Source of the DNA: Girardia tigrina
Taxonomy: Eukaryota
Reading direction: 5' to 3'
DNA length: 50,319 nt
Assembly: GCA_001938485.1 (NCBI GenBank)
Contig: MQRK01247877.1
Location: 95,517-145,835, forward strand
The position numbers and the translations under genes were made by a program. The first letter of the stretch is position 1; each line of letters opens with the position of its first letter. The notes beneath the pieces were generated by a model, which did not search any database, was not told where the DNA came from, and worked only from the letters and a program-made list of their open reading frames with translations. Below, piece by piece: positions 1-13,800 of the stretch.

Positions 1-1019
1 CAGTTTATGAGATTTATTACGATATACAAATTCAATTAATATCGATTCGACAATTCATGTTGTAATTAAAGATAATTACTTTGGAAAGAGTGCCCCACAA
101 CTTATGACTCACCCTAATAATAAAAGTCAATTAAAAAAATATATTCAAATTCTTTTCAAAATCAATCAAATCTATCTGAACACCAATTCGCTCGACAAAG
201 TCAATCAAAATTAAAGAAATCAAATCCACAGACACAAAAATTTCACTCCAAAACAAAGTCTTTTTAACACTAATCTCAAAAAATTGTTTTCAATCAAAAT
301 CAGATTCAAAATATTTGTTTAACAAAACAATTTGTAAATTTTGTTTGATAAACTTGTCCAATGGTACTATCCAAAGGTACCTATCCAATGGTCGGATGGT
401 TGGCGACTAAACCGGTTGTCTAACCCAGAGCAACCTGGGTGAGTGGACACCCAAGAAGTGGAAAAACTAAATCTGTCAAAGGGTGGATGAGCTCATTGGA
501 GCCAACGGCCATCCATACCTGGAGAGGAGATAGTCGGAACTAGGTTATTTGCCTACTGGAGACATTAAAAAATATGCAAAACCCAAGCCATAAGGCATAA
601 TGCACCCACGGCCCAACGGATACTGTCTAAAAAAATTGAAAATTCGTCACTTTAGAAAAAAATCATAAATTGTTACTTAAAAATCACTAAATAAAGAAGC
701 TCGCACAGATTGGTTGACCGATTCATGGATTCTGCAACATTAAACATAATTAATTATGTTTGGAAAAAGAGAGGAATGAGACTTGGATCATAAATAAAAA
801 ATAATAATCTAACAATTATAAATATTAATTTATTTAAAGTCGGAAAAATATACTAAATTAACTAACCCTAACGCTAATCCGGAAATCAATTATTATTTGC
901 ATATCTTTTGAAAAAAATTCACTCCCGCCATTGAAAAATCGATTCTGACATAAGTACTACTACGTATTCAAATGTATTTAGAATTTCATAGTCATGTAAT
1001 ACAATAAATTTTCAATCCA

Positions 1020-1960
1020 ACAATGATTCAGACCGTTGACCTTTCTCTTGCTTTTGCTTGTTGCATAAAAGGGCAATTTGTCTTCATTTTTGCATGACGA
1101 ATAAATTTCCTTCATAACTTTGATTGCGTGCTCTGCACTTGATTACTTCTGGGTATCTGTAGTATGGATGGCCCTCGCTTCCAGTTATTTTTCAAAGAGC
1201 TTCAAGCCTTTTTGTATGGATTCAGTACTTCAGCCAAGTTATTAAAATCGTTTTAATTGTACAGTTTGTCTATAAACCAATTGTTTGCCAGCCATATGAT
1301 ATAAATCGACATACTCTCTGCAGAACTGTCCTTTTTGAAGAAATTTAAATGAAGACTAGGATCGCTAGTATAGCTCTGGATTTCCACCTCAAATTGCTGA
1401 TGTTGGGTATTTTCTGAAACCTGATCAATGAAAAATGTCCCTTTTCCTCAAAACATCTGAACACTCCAGTGAGATGAAACAAAATTTCATATCATCTCTC
1501 CAGCCTGATGTTTCGAGAATTACTTCTGTTTCGTTAACAAACTGTGTTTTCAGTTGTTCGTACTCCTTCAACAGTTGAGATACAACTGTATATTAGATTT
1601 TTTTCCGAATGTGTTTTACTTTCAAGTTCTTCACCAATCACCAAACGGAGGATTCTATCTAAAACATGGTTCTGACAACTGATAAACTGAGATTTGTTGT
1701 TGCGTTTCTCTGTGAACATTTATTGCAATCTTACAACTACACCATTCTTTTTTCCAGTGTTAATGCTAGTGCAATCATATATGATCATATGCATTGAATT
1801 CCATAGGTGAAATTCATCGAGGACTATAGAAATTCACTGCCATCTACCAAGCCCAGGACATCCGATTTGATTTCTCGTCTTCCATTTTTAAGGAAAACCT
1901 CTTGATTAATCGATTTCGTCGATGTGCTTGCCATCAAAGTGTAAGGACCAACTTTCCATA
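1020..1960 (-). pseudogene. Degenerate DNA transposase, probably hAT-related
   Basis: Frameshifted translation FISCQNHVLDRILR (CxxH) ... GWRDDMKF..HL..VFR...KIPNISNLRWKSRAILAIL (RW motif); a possible terminus lies near 606-625. Confidence 0.55.
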
Positions 1961-1984
1961 TGCAACATTTACAGCATATACAGT

Positions 1985-2115
1985 CTAAAATGTTCTACAA
2001 TATTCCAGAATGTTCTAAATTGTTCTAGAATGTTCCAAAATATTCTAAATTGTTTTAGAATGTTCTCGAGGTTTCTAAAATATTCTGGAATTTTCCAAAA
2101 TGATCTAAAGTGCTA
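1985..2115 (+). repeat. Degenerate 10-bp tandem repeat (aatgttctag-like)
   Basis: Repeated aatgttctaa/aatgttccaa/aatattctgg units. Confidence 0.7.
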
Positions 2116-5100
2116 AACAATTTTAATCTATACATTGTTTTAAATGATTTGCAGCAAAGCCACAAGTATTAGTAGTAACAGTAACAAGATTAAATAAATG
2201 AAAATAACAACTGAGAGGAATTGAACATATTTTCAATATTTTCTATTAAAAGGTCATCGATTTATGACACAAGAAATTAATTTTTTTTTAAAAATTTAAA
2301 AAGTTATAACCCTTATACTAATACTATTAGGTACCAGAGCAGTATTCATCGGTTTTCTTATCGAATTGTCATCTGTTACGATACATGGATGACCTATGAT
2401 AATCCCAGAAACCCCAGAAATTTCCATGGACTATGGTGAAAAAAGATATTCACCAGAAAAAGATTAGTGACATTTTGGTGGCCCTCATCGTCCATGTGAA
2501 TTATCTTCTTCGAGGTCAAACAATTTTGCTGCTGTGCATTTTGTTGTCTTAGTTCACCAGAGTTATTGAAACATAGTTGTTCAGCCACATCCACCGTTTA
2601 GCCTAGAGTTCTCTAATAAATTATCATCTTTTGCGGTTATTATTAAATATCGTTTTTTACTTCTTTAAACTCGTACTTCTTTTCACGCGACATGATATCG
2701 TTTTTGGAGGATTTTTTAATAGATTATGTTAGTAGAAACGATAAGTACTATTTCATGTACCTAATATAATCAATGTTCTGCATAAGAAAGTATAATATTT
2801 GAAAATAAATTATTAGATAAAATTATTTATTTTATTTTTAGTTTCAAGAAGACAATTTCGTACAAAGAAATAAATAGATTTCATTCCCGTTCATTTCCTA
2901 TTTTGAAAAATCGATCACATTATTCAAATAAGAAACAATTTATTACTTACACATCTCCGATTCTTTTCTAATATACGTGTATAATTAGTAATATTAATTA
3001 TTTCCATTACTTTTTTATACATATGAAATATGATAGACTAAAGGTGGAACAGTATAGAGTATTTGAAACTGCATTTCAACTTTCACATAATTCAGAAGAT
3101 TGATGAATTAATTGAAGGCCTTTAATAATATTGTATAGTTTAATATTAGATAGCTGTTCCTTTTTACATTTAAAAGCTCACTAAACTAATATTTCATTCT
3201 GAATACAATTTTTTATCGGAGCTGTAAACCATGCTAATTGGAAATGTCTTGTTTAGTGATGAATAATTATTTTTGAGGTTAACAATTCTGACATTTTATA
3301 ACTTTCTTAATTATTATAATAATTAATTAATAATCTATTGATTCTCCCTTTTGGATTTACGTTGACACTCAATACTCATGATAAATAATATAAAAGAAAA
3401 GAAACCAATATATATGTATAACAATATATTATTATTATTATTATATTTTATGCTATATATGTATAATATTATTTATTTTTATGAGTAATTTTAATTCTTT
3501 TTGTTTGAAGATTAAAAAAAATAACAAATTAAGAAATGTTTTTAATTTTTTTTATTATTTTGTAATCGTTATTACGAAGAATTTTTAGAATGATTCCGGT
3601 TAATGTTTTATTACATCCTTTATTCTTAATAATAATAAAATTTCAATTACATCTAAAATTGTATCAAATAATTGAGAAAGTGATACTCTTTGAAATTTTT
3701 TTACCATTTCGTTTTCAATATGTGAGGGAAAATTTGGAATGTTGTAAATTTGTTGTTTGTATACTGTTTAGATTTGTGACTCTTCTACTAAGATGGGATT
3801 GACATGTTTATTTGATTGATTATTTGAATCTAATGATATTAATTTAATGATATTAATTTTAAGTACTAATTAATTAAAGTTTTATAATTATGAATTTTAA
3901 TAATATTTTTAGTAAACGATTTTAACTTATTGAATTTAATATATTTTAAAAATTAATTTTTATTTAAAAAATTACGTATTCCCTTTCTATCCAATAAAAT
4001 TATGAGAAATTAAAAGTTAATATTAAAAAATTTCCCATTGATTGTTTTTTTTAGATTTGAATACAGAAATAAAAACTATATCAATCAAAGAAAGATGCTT
4101 ACTGAGAATTGTTGTGAAGAATCTGTTTGTGTTGTTAATAAATGTTTACATACAAATTGTGATGTTATTAATACCATAAATGCTGGAATCCTTTTTATGG
4201 CACATTTTTAATTAATTCTCTGTCCAAAAATATCTTTTTTGCCTTTACTACTTCGAAACGGTTTTCAAACAATGCAGCTAGAGAAATTTCTTGAAATTTT
4301 GGTTCTTAGTTAAAATAATTCATTTGATGATCCAGCTGCCTTTTCATTTTTTTCACTAGTGGTATGTTCATATCTCCGTGTATAAATGATACTTTTATTC
4401 ATGCATAGAAAGATAATGGCTCTTCAAGTTATATTCTTAGCACAGAGCTACGATTTGTAGACATTCCAAACACTGTGGTTTACCAATTTTGTTCAGGATA
4501 AATAAATAATATATCTCCTAGCGATCTTGAAATTCTCGATTTTCGAGGTCTATTTTCTTTTATTAGTAGCACTCATATTCAATAATTATTTTAATTAATA
4601 AATATGAAATTTAGTTCATAATATTATAACACAGTCACCCCTCAATAAATTATAGACAAGACTGCACTCGCATAAATCAACCAAATAGCGCAGGGTAGTG
4701 TGCGCATCACGTGCCCAAACCATAGATAGACAACAACTAATTACAAATATTATGTAGTGTCAGCGTTGAGTAAACTATCATTCGGCATTAAACGGATTGC
4801 TGCTGTATTCAGCCACATTAAGTGAAGTTACGCCAACTAAATAGTATATACCTTAAATTCAAATTAGGTTTTAATTTTCACATAGTAAAATAGTTTTAAT
4901 ATTAATAACTATCATTTAGTAACAAATTTATTCATAGTAAAATGTACTCACGGTCTGTATACGGCCCGCGGGCCACAAGTTAGGCAAGCCTATACTAATA
5001 TATTAACATAAATTTAGATATTTACTCGAATTAACGTTAAAAATATCCAACACAAAAATAAAGAATTGAAAGTTAATGATAGTCTAATTTTATTGATTTT

Positions 5101-6272
5101 TTAAATTTTTTGATCAATATCGTCTTTTCCAATCAATTTTGACTTGAAAAAAAATAATAGGTTGTGAGAAAAAGAAGCAAAAAAGTAACTAAATAATTTA
5201 TTGATGAAGATAGAGAACTTTGCAGCACAGTTTGTAATATTACAAAGCATATATCGAAAAAATCCTGCGCAATTCTCATAAGTAATATTTTGTGACTCTG
5301 AAATTAATAATTCGGTTAATGAACCAAAAATATCTAATCTTAATTTCGATCTTACATAATTTTTAATTTTTGAAAAAGCATTTTCAATCGGATTAAGCAT
5401 TACAGAATACGGCGATAGAAACTGAAAAATATAGACGAAATGCTCCACAATTCTTTGAATATCATCTTTTCTATGTATCCGCGAATTATCTAGAATTTTC
5501 TTTCTTTTTACATCCCGCAATAAAGACATAATTCATTGATATATTCGGAAAAGATCTCAGCATTCACTGTCGAGTTAGTTATTGTCTTGCAATAGTCCAT
5601 TCTATCTATTATTAGACTTGCAATCAATGAAACATTTTGACCTCTTACAGTAGGCTCCTGGGTAATTGCTCTAGTACCTCGTCTAGATCTAGCGTATGAT
5701 CTTTTGAGATGGAGATTAAACCCAGACTCGTCAATTAATACATTATTTGAAAAATCGTTTTGAAAATGGTTATTGAACCATAATGAGTATTCTTTCCTTA
5801 GCTGTATCTTATCAGGTAAGTTAACCCTGTCGAGTTCACGATGTGAGAGTTTTATGGTTGTTTTCAACTCTTGCAAGCCTCTGTTTATTGTAGAAATATA
5901 ATTTTTTTCGTCTTCTCTTATTTCCCTTTCAAGAACCATTTTTATCTCTCTTAACGTATTTTGGGGATTATACGTTACAATTGAATCAATCTTGTCTAAT
6001 ATACACAGAGTAAGGACAGATCTTGTACTTCCGCCTTTTGATTTAGTTTCCACCTGTCTTGTTAGTGAGTAATTGTTTATTATAGCTTTCGTACTATTAT
6101 AATTAATTTCTAGGATAGCTGCTGCAGATTTGATAGTCTGTCCTTGCTCCTTGACAAGATGTATTAAGTTCAATCTTTTTTCATTTGATACGGAGACATT
6201 TCTACTTCTCGGTCTCGGGGCCTGCGAAACATTCCTTAATGATGAAGTTCTTCTCTCTTCTTGATTTGACAT
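5101..6272 (-). pseudogene. Tc1/IS630-like DD34E transposase with one frameshift near 5510-5530
   Basis: HTH N-terminus, IDESGF (D1), LDNSRIH (D2), PYS..LNPIE (E) with 34 residues between D2 and E; TIRs not found. Confidence 0.88.
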
Positions 6273-6379
6273 AAGGGCTGTTTTTTTTTCAAATTCTAAA
6301 AAAGTGGAGGAAATTTAAAAATACTTTTATTTTCTATCCAAAAGTTGACTAAATTAAAATAAAATTTTCTAAAGACAAT

Positions 6380-6475
6380 ATTGATTGGCGAAAAGCCAAA
6401 ATTGGTTGGCAAAAAACCAATATTGATTAACAAAAAGCCAAAATAGACTGGTAAAAAGCCAAAATTGACTGATAA
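6380..6475 (+). repeat. 21-bp tandem repeat, about 4.5 copies (attgattggcgaaaagccaaa-like), likely subterminal repeats of the adjacent transposon
   Basis: Visible periodic units immediately 5' of the transposase ORF. Confidence 0.7.
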
Positions 6476-6820
6476 ATGGTATATAATCAAAGTATTAGAA
6501 CAACGATCAATAACAATAGTAAACATGATAGTAATATAATATATTGATTTCTTACTATAATATAGTATTATTATTAAATTTACATTTGTAACTAGTGGCG
6601 TCGACTCATAAAGGTCTATTCATTTTGCGATGGATCCATCGCTGATTAAACAAGAATGTTGGTTAGAATGATGATATAATCAACAGTTAATTTACATTGA
6701 TCATCATGTATATGTTTTTACGCCAATTTATGTTAGGTAATATGTATAAATGATTAATATGTTTACGTATCTTATTAATCATTATAAAAATTTGCGATAC
6801 TTAAGTCTTAAATATTGCAG

Positions 6821-6938
6821 TCACTGAATAAGTCTCAGACAGGAAGTGATACATCCAGTGGTTATTCTGGTTCCGAAAAGATCTCAAATGGAGACAGTGA
6901 ATCTATCAGTCTAAAAACAGGTTCCAGTAGCATTGACA
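6821..6938 (+). CDS. RAPGEF2: PDZ-GEF exon: SLNKSQTGSDTSSGYSGSEKISNGDSESISLKTGSSSID
   Basis: ttgcag acceptor, gtaggt donor; SDTSSGYSGS resembles the SDTSSAYSGS-type segment recalled from invertebrate PDZ-GEFs. Confidence 0.7.
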
Positions 6939-8673
6939 GTAGGTTTTTATAATTTATTTATATGAATGTATGAGATTAAATATAAATTAATAATACATAA
7001 TAATGATGTCAAGGTGCTACAAGTAGTCAACTCCTGGCCCGGCGAGCTGTTTCCGGAAATAATAATAATATGGGCGCATCGATTACGAATTCAGACAGCG
7101 ACGATGACGATGATTTATCCGATTTTACATTCAATGAGGTGATTTTTATTAATAAATAAATAATATGAATTATTTCAATAATAATAATATTAAAATTTAT
7201 AATAAAATTTATTCATTATTATAAATTTCATTCATTCATTAAATTTAGTGTTTTTAAATATGGAATTTTATAAACAAAAGTTTGATATAAAAATAAAGAA
7301 TAATAATAGTTTTTATTTGTTATCAAGTTGTAAATTTATTTCATTTTCAAATATATTTTTCCTAACTGAAATGAAATAATAAAAGCGCAAAAATTTAAAC
7401 AAATTTAAAAAATATAAAGGTTTATTTTTGACATTTGGTATATATTTTCAACAAAAATTTTGTTAATTCTTGATATATTTATGGGAACTTTTTGATGTTT
7501 ATTTACTTCTTCTTCGCATATTTAAGGTTATTTGACACTCATATTTAATAATAAAATATCGATTTAGTAAAAGCGTAAATAAACTATCGCCAAAAAATTC
7601 AAGGCATTTAAATAACAGTTCAGAAAATTTAATAGAAACCAAAGTGTTTTTATCAAAATATTTGCAACATTTTTCTTGATTGAATTTAAAGGAGATTCTG
7701 TTTTTGTAAAGTTTTAAATTTAAGAAACCAAATTTTGGAAATTTGTAATTTGAAAGGGTTTATAGTATAAACCGCGTATATTATAATTTATATTACAATA
7801 ATTGAACTAGTTAATCAAGGATAAACTGTTTATCCTTTGCACAATCACCTTGCCCGGATCGTCATGTTTCTAAAATGCTAAGTGTAGTTCTCAGCTTTGC
7901 ATTTTATGAACATGACGATCCTGGCTAGGTGATTGTGCAAAGGATAAACAGTTTATCCTCGATTAACTAGTTCGATTATTAAACATTTTAATCTGATAAA
8001 GATTAAAAAAAAGCGATTAAAAAAAGAGGATAAAAGCCCATTTTTTACTTTAAAATAAAATTTAACAAATTTTCCCACAGATTTTAACATTTTTTATTTA
8101 TTGTTTGCATTTAATGTTTTATCTATTAATTTGTGTCTATTATTTGTCGTGTGTTTTTGTGTATTTGTAAATATCTATTTGTTTAGGTACTTATTTTAGT
8201 TAGTTAAATGGAATATCGTTCATTTAACTAATAAAAAGAATGTTTTTGTGATTTTATTTCCGATGATGTTTAATTTTGAAAATACGACTTTTTTTCAGAA
8301 AAATGTATTTAAAAATTACTATTACATTGCAAGATTGAAAATATTTTCTACAAATATTTTCGGACCATCTTGGTTTATATGATAATAAAATAGGAAGATG
8401 GTCGAGTGTTCGTTTAAATTTGAGCAAATAAACGGTCATAAAAGGTTTAGTTAAGAAAATATAGTAAGCATTAAATCTTATAATATTATAATCTTAAAAA
8501 ATATACAGGAAGATCGGGTACTCTTAAAAGTTTCTTAGTTTTCTGAGACATTTATCCATTTACTACCTTCATGTATTCTATCGCTTTAAAAAAATAAAAT
8601 TAAGGTATAAATTAAAGTACAAGTACTATTTTTATATTTTATCCGTACTGAAAATTCCTATGATTTCATATTA

Positions 8674-8730
<57 letters not shown>

Positions 8731-8780
8731 NNNNNNNNNNNNNNNNNNNNNNNNNNNNNNNNNNNNNNNNNNNNNNNNNN

Positions 8781-8811
<31 letters not shown>

Positions 8812-10819
8812 TTAAAAATTACAAAGAATAGTAAACAAATGGCGTGATTGATATGAGAAGATTTACAGACATAAAAAGCGGTATAAAAACAATAAATTGT
8901 CTAATGAAAAAAAAATAGGAAACGTGATTTATACAATATATTTATTGTCTACGTGATATACGAAATTTATATTTTAGTCAATATATATGTCATGCCAGTC
9001 TTTTTAGAATATAAGAAAATGATATGAATTATTTATGTAAAGAGTCGACGACGTTTTATATAAGTCCATGATCAAAGTCTCTGTAACCATCGTTTTACTT
9101 AAGGATACTCAAGTTTCGATATTACTTCAGTCTGTCACTATATAATGACTGTTAGGAACTTAAGAACCAGGAGGAAATTTTGGAAAAGATAAATAGTTTG
9201 AATTATAAAATTAAAAAAAAATTGTTGAAAAAAATTTTAGAAAAAAGAATTGTTTCGGTTTATATATGTAATTTATAATATTCAAAAGATCAATTTTATA
9301 TATTTATTTACTTTCAGATTTACATAACCTGGAAAGATGAGTTGAATATTAAATGAACATTTAAAATAAATTTACATAATAATTTGCAAGTCATTTTAAA
9401 AATAATCAGGTTGTCAATATTAAGATATATTTACGACCCCTTGCACATTAATTATGTGTAATAGTAGAAAATTGTATGATAATAACAATTGCTTATTCAA
9501 GATATAGAATCTGCAAAACAAATTAGACAGCTCCTTAAATGGTCAATTTCAAATAAAGTAGACCATGAAGTCACCACGTATATGCCTTAGAAAGGAAACC
9601 TGGTGAACCATTTTTGTACACTCTTGTCATATTTCCATAGTATATTGGATAGACTGAAAGAAAACGTGAGTTACACCTTTCTTTTAGCACAGTTCACAAA
9701 TTATGAAAGAAGTTTACGTCTATACCGTAAACAAGCTGAGATCGGAATTGATTGATTTCAAATGCGGTCTCATCACTGAACAAAACCGACTTGCAATTGT
9801 TTTGGTATCCTATGAGAATGTTGTGGAATCCATCTAAGACGGATAATTCGTTTAAAATTATTTAACTTTGGTGCAATCAGTGGTTGATAAGCATCCATTC
9901 CTGATGGACACAGTGAGTGTAAATCAATCAAGACTAACGTGGGTTACCAAATGCTTTGTTTTCGTTTGAAAAATAATTGCAGCTTTTGAAGCTATTAAAA
10001 AATGGTATTATTAGGCCTACATGTCAACAATATGTTTCCTTTTCAGTCATAAGGAATTTTATATAACCACTATCGCTGCACAATTCATGCAAAAGGTCAC
10101 TTTTTTTATAAATTATTATAGCATTTTTACAATGAAATTGAACTTTCGCACAATAGAAATGAATTTTTACAAAATTGAATTGAACTTCTGCAATATGAAA
10201 TTGAACTTCGGTATTAAGTGTCCTCGGGATTAAGTGTCCTGGATTAACTGTACGGAGATTAACTGTCTCTGGATTAAGTGTCCCCGTACCAACCCATCAT
10301 AGAGATTATTTCGATTTTTTATTTATTCGATCATTCTCTCAAAAAAAAACTTTTAACTTTTTGCAAAATTTCAAATTCATTTTGCAAAAGTTCAATTCCA
10401 CTTTGCGAAAGTTCAATTTCATTGTAAAAATGCTATATAATAAAACTATATTGTTATTAATATTTCAAGCACCGAGTTCAGTTTAGCGCATAAAATATAG
10501 ACTGATTATTATTTTATCTACAATTTTATTGAGTTTATCAAGATCAAGGTAAAAAATTTGAGTTTAATATAATATAAATATAACTATTTTATTTTCAAGG
10601 ATGCATAATTTTAGAAATCTTGTAAATAATACGATGTATAGGATCTCTGACACTTGAAATTCTGACTTAAGTGTCATCTTTAAAAAGTTTTAATATTACC
10701 TTTCAGAAAGGAATGTTTACTTAAATCAATGTAATAAGAAGACTAAATTCTGTGTAAAATATATCCAACTCTACCGAATATAAAATTTTCGTGAACATAA
10801 TATAGTATTCCAACAAACT

Positions 10820-10869
<50 letters not shown>

Positions 10870-13800
10870 AGTGTAATTTGGTATGCTATTCCACATCAAA
10901 TTTGGAATGTATGGTAGTAGTATGTAGATAAATTGAGTTCGTTTTCAAATTATTTAATGTTAAGCGTTCACTTCGAGGATTGAGTTTTGATGTGCTTCAA
11001 TCTGGAAGGATTATTAATAGCAATGACTGGGTAACAATAGTCCGTATCGCCGATGTGGTTACTCTGAACGAACATTAACATATATAGGTACTAGAATATC
11101 AAGGATTTACACCAATATGAGCGTGTTCATTAGCATCTGTTATTAAATATTTGTTAACTGTTCAGAAATTGTTTTATTAAAATTCTTAATATTAAAATAT
11201 ATATTAAAATAATTACAGATCCATTAAAGTATGAATTAATATGTTATCTTAATTATCATCACATTTAAATATCTAAATTATCTCTAAATTTATAATTCTA
11301 TCGTTATTAATATTGTTTGATTTTACTTATTAAATTGATGGAAACTTATTTTGTTATAATTAAGACAGAGAATTTAACATTTTTATTAGATGATAATTAA
11401 AATAAATAAATAAAAATATTTTACTTTTAGACTGCTTTATATTTTCTATTATGTATTTTAATTATCATGGGTTATACTATCTGATCAGCATTGATTCACG
11501 TGGGAACAACTTTGCGTTTGTTTCTAATCTATGAATCATACAATAATCAAGACTGTTGAATTCGAATATAGGATAGATATACCGGATCATATATTTAAAA
11601 TTCACCAAATTTAGATCTTGGAATTTAAAATCCTACCGCATCCCAATCTACATAAAACTTTTTTTCAATAAAAATAAAAATTGATTTGTAAAAAAATGAG
11701 TCTTTCTGTATTTTTAGGCAAGATTCAGCAACAATGACCTGACAAAGTCTTTACAGTAATATGAAATAGTATTTAGTAAATACACTCTCAGATAGAACGC
11801 TAATTGCTAGACAGATTGATAAATTTAATTTTCTAATTTTAAAACCTTAGATTCTTTTCTATTCTCTATACTATCTCAATCACAATCTTCTAATTTAGGG
11901 CAAAAATAAAACATTTCTTGAATTTAAATTCTTTTTGGGATATTATTGTTCAGTTTAGAAAAACAACAATTTTTAAGTGTAGGCCCAAAAAGGTCGTTAA
12001 AGAACAAGAAAAGTGAATCTCATCATTTCTCAATATTTTATTACTGGAATAGAGTAATTTCGTTTTATAGAAATTAATTCTGAATCACAATCTTCTTTTT
12101 CCATACTTCATATAATCTTGTTTTTGGTTCCATGAAAAAATAGCAAAGGAAAAAAACAACACAAGAAAAAACAGCACAACCAAAACAGCACATTAAAAAA
12201 CAGCATAGTGAAAAAACAGCACAATTAATTTTTTTACTAAATTATATAACATTCTTCTTGTCAATTAAAGGGTCATTTAAAAATCTATAATAAATATATT
12301 GTCGCAATATATTTCGGTGGATTTTCCACCATCTTCAGGCTGAATTAACAACAATTTTGCGTAATTTCATATGTCCAGGACATATCTCGCATCATTGATT
12401 GCCTTTCCAAACACTGAAGTCAAAGGAGGCTACTTTCATCTTTGTCAAAGCCTCATCAGAAAAATCAACACTGCTGGCTTGAAAATCGAGTTTGAGTCTG
12501 ATATTGAAGTCAAGTTGATGCTAAAATCGTTGTCTGCCTTGGCATTTGTGCCAATGCAAGAAGTGAGAGCTGTGTTCGATACTCTTGCTGTCACATTTCC
12601 AGATGAGGAAAGCTACAATGATATTCTCACCTACTTCTTTTTTACTTACGTTGAGGGTGCAGCAGGACGAGAGCCACAACTTCCCATCAGTATCTGGAAT
12701 CACTATTAAGCTGCTGTTGAACAATCACCAAAGACAACAAACTGCTGTGAAGGCTTCCACAATTCGCTTAATGCCATCTTCCACTGCAGTCATCCAAGTG
12801 TCTGGTCTCTCTTTTCTGGTCTTCAGATTGGCATGGCTAACATATTGATAAAAGCACAGGATGGTCAACCAGAGGTCATGAAGAAGAAGTATCAGCTACT
12901 TCATCAACAGGTTGCTGCTGCAGCTCTAGGATACCAAGCTGAAGAAGACAAGTTGAAGTATTTGCGAAGGATGGCTAATTTGCAGTGAGTAACATGTCAA
13001 AATACAATACAAAATTCGTGAATAAATGCTAGTTATATTAATTGTGCTGTTTTTTCACTATGCTGTTTTTTAATGTGCTGTTTTGGTTGGGCTGTTTTTT
13101 CTTGTGTTGTTTTTTCCTTTGCTGTTTCATCCGGTTACCCTTGTTTTCTATATATGTATCCATAAAATTTAGAAATCTTTTTTGGTTTTTTACTGAATCA
13201 ATTTTCTTCAAACTTTGAATATTTATTCATTCTTGATGACAATAAATGATTATGCGAAATTTTGATCAAACTAGTAAATCAAAAAATATTTTTTTTCAAA
13301 TAAAGTTTTACGATTATCCACAAATGTTTAATATGTAATACATAAAAATGTTTTGGTTTTTTTTCTTCGACACTTTATATAATAAATTTATTATGTTATT
13401 AGTAACTATTTAATTGGAGTTTTAAAAATTTTTGGTATGAAATTTTCCCTTCAACCAAAGATTTAAATAGTTACTAATAATGTAAATAATTTATTAAGAA
13501 GTGTAATAGTAATTTTCCCTTCTACAAAATATTTTGTTGGTCAAGTAGAGTTCTGACTGCATAAAGAATGGATATAAAAATTTTTTGATTTACTGACTTA
13601 GAGTAAATCTACAATAATATTATATTTTTATATAATGAAAATTTTAATGTTTATTGTTTAGATTGAATATTTATTTCTAAACTTTCGTTTATTTTTGAAA
13701 AAATCAATATGAAGTTGTTTGTGAGAATATGAAATACAAAGATGAGGAGATCAGGAAAATGATATAATTAAAATTTATAGTTAAAGAAAATGTCTTCTAA

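Noticed and set aside
391-520. HDV-like ribozyme
   Set aside because: No P3/L3 (UCC.CG-like) or P1/P1.1 arrangement could be built
2145-2180. Helitron 3' end after the 10-bp tandem repeat
   Set aside because: The hairpin and CTAG are too degenerate to support a call
4054-4211. Open stretch FEYRNKNY...CCEESVCVVNKC after a polypyrimidine-AG, as an upstream exon
   Set aside because: No convincing donor site and no similarity to PDZ-GEF N-termini; left unassigned
6380-6475. Periodic repeats (also 12160-12228, 10213-10290, 43322-43438) as CRISPR-like arrays
   Set aside because: Tandem units without unique spacers, eukaryotic context, no cas genes; most are transposon subterminal repeats
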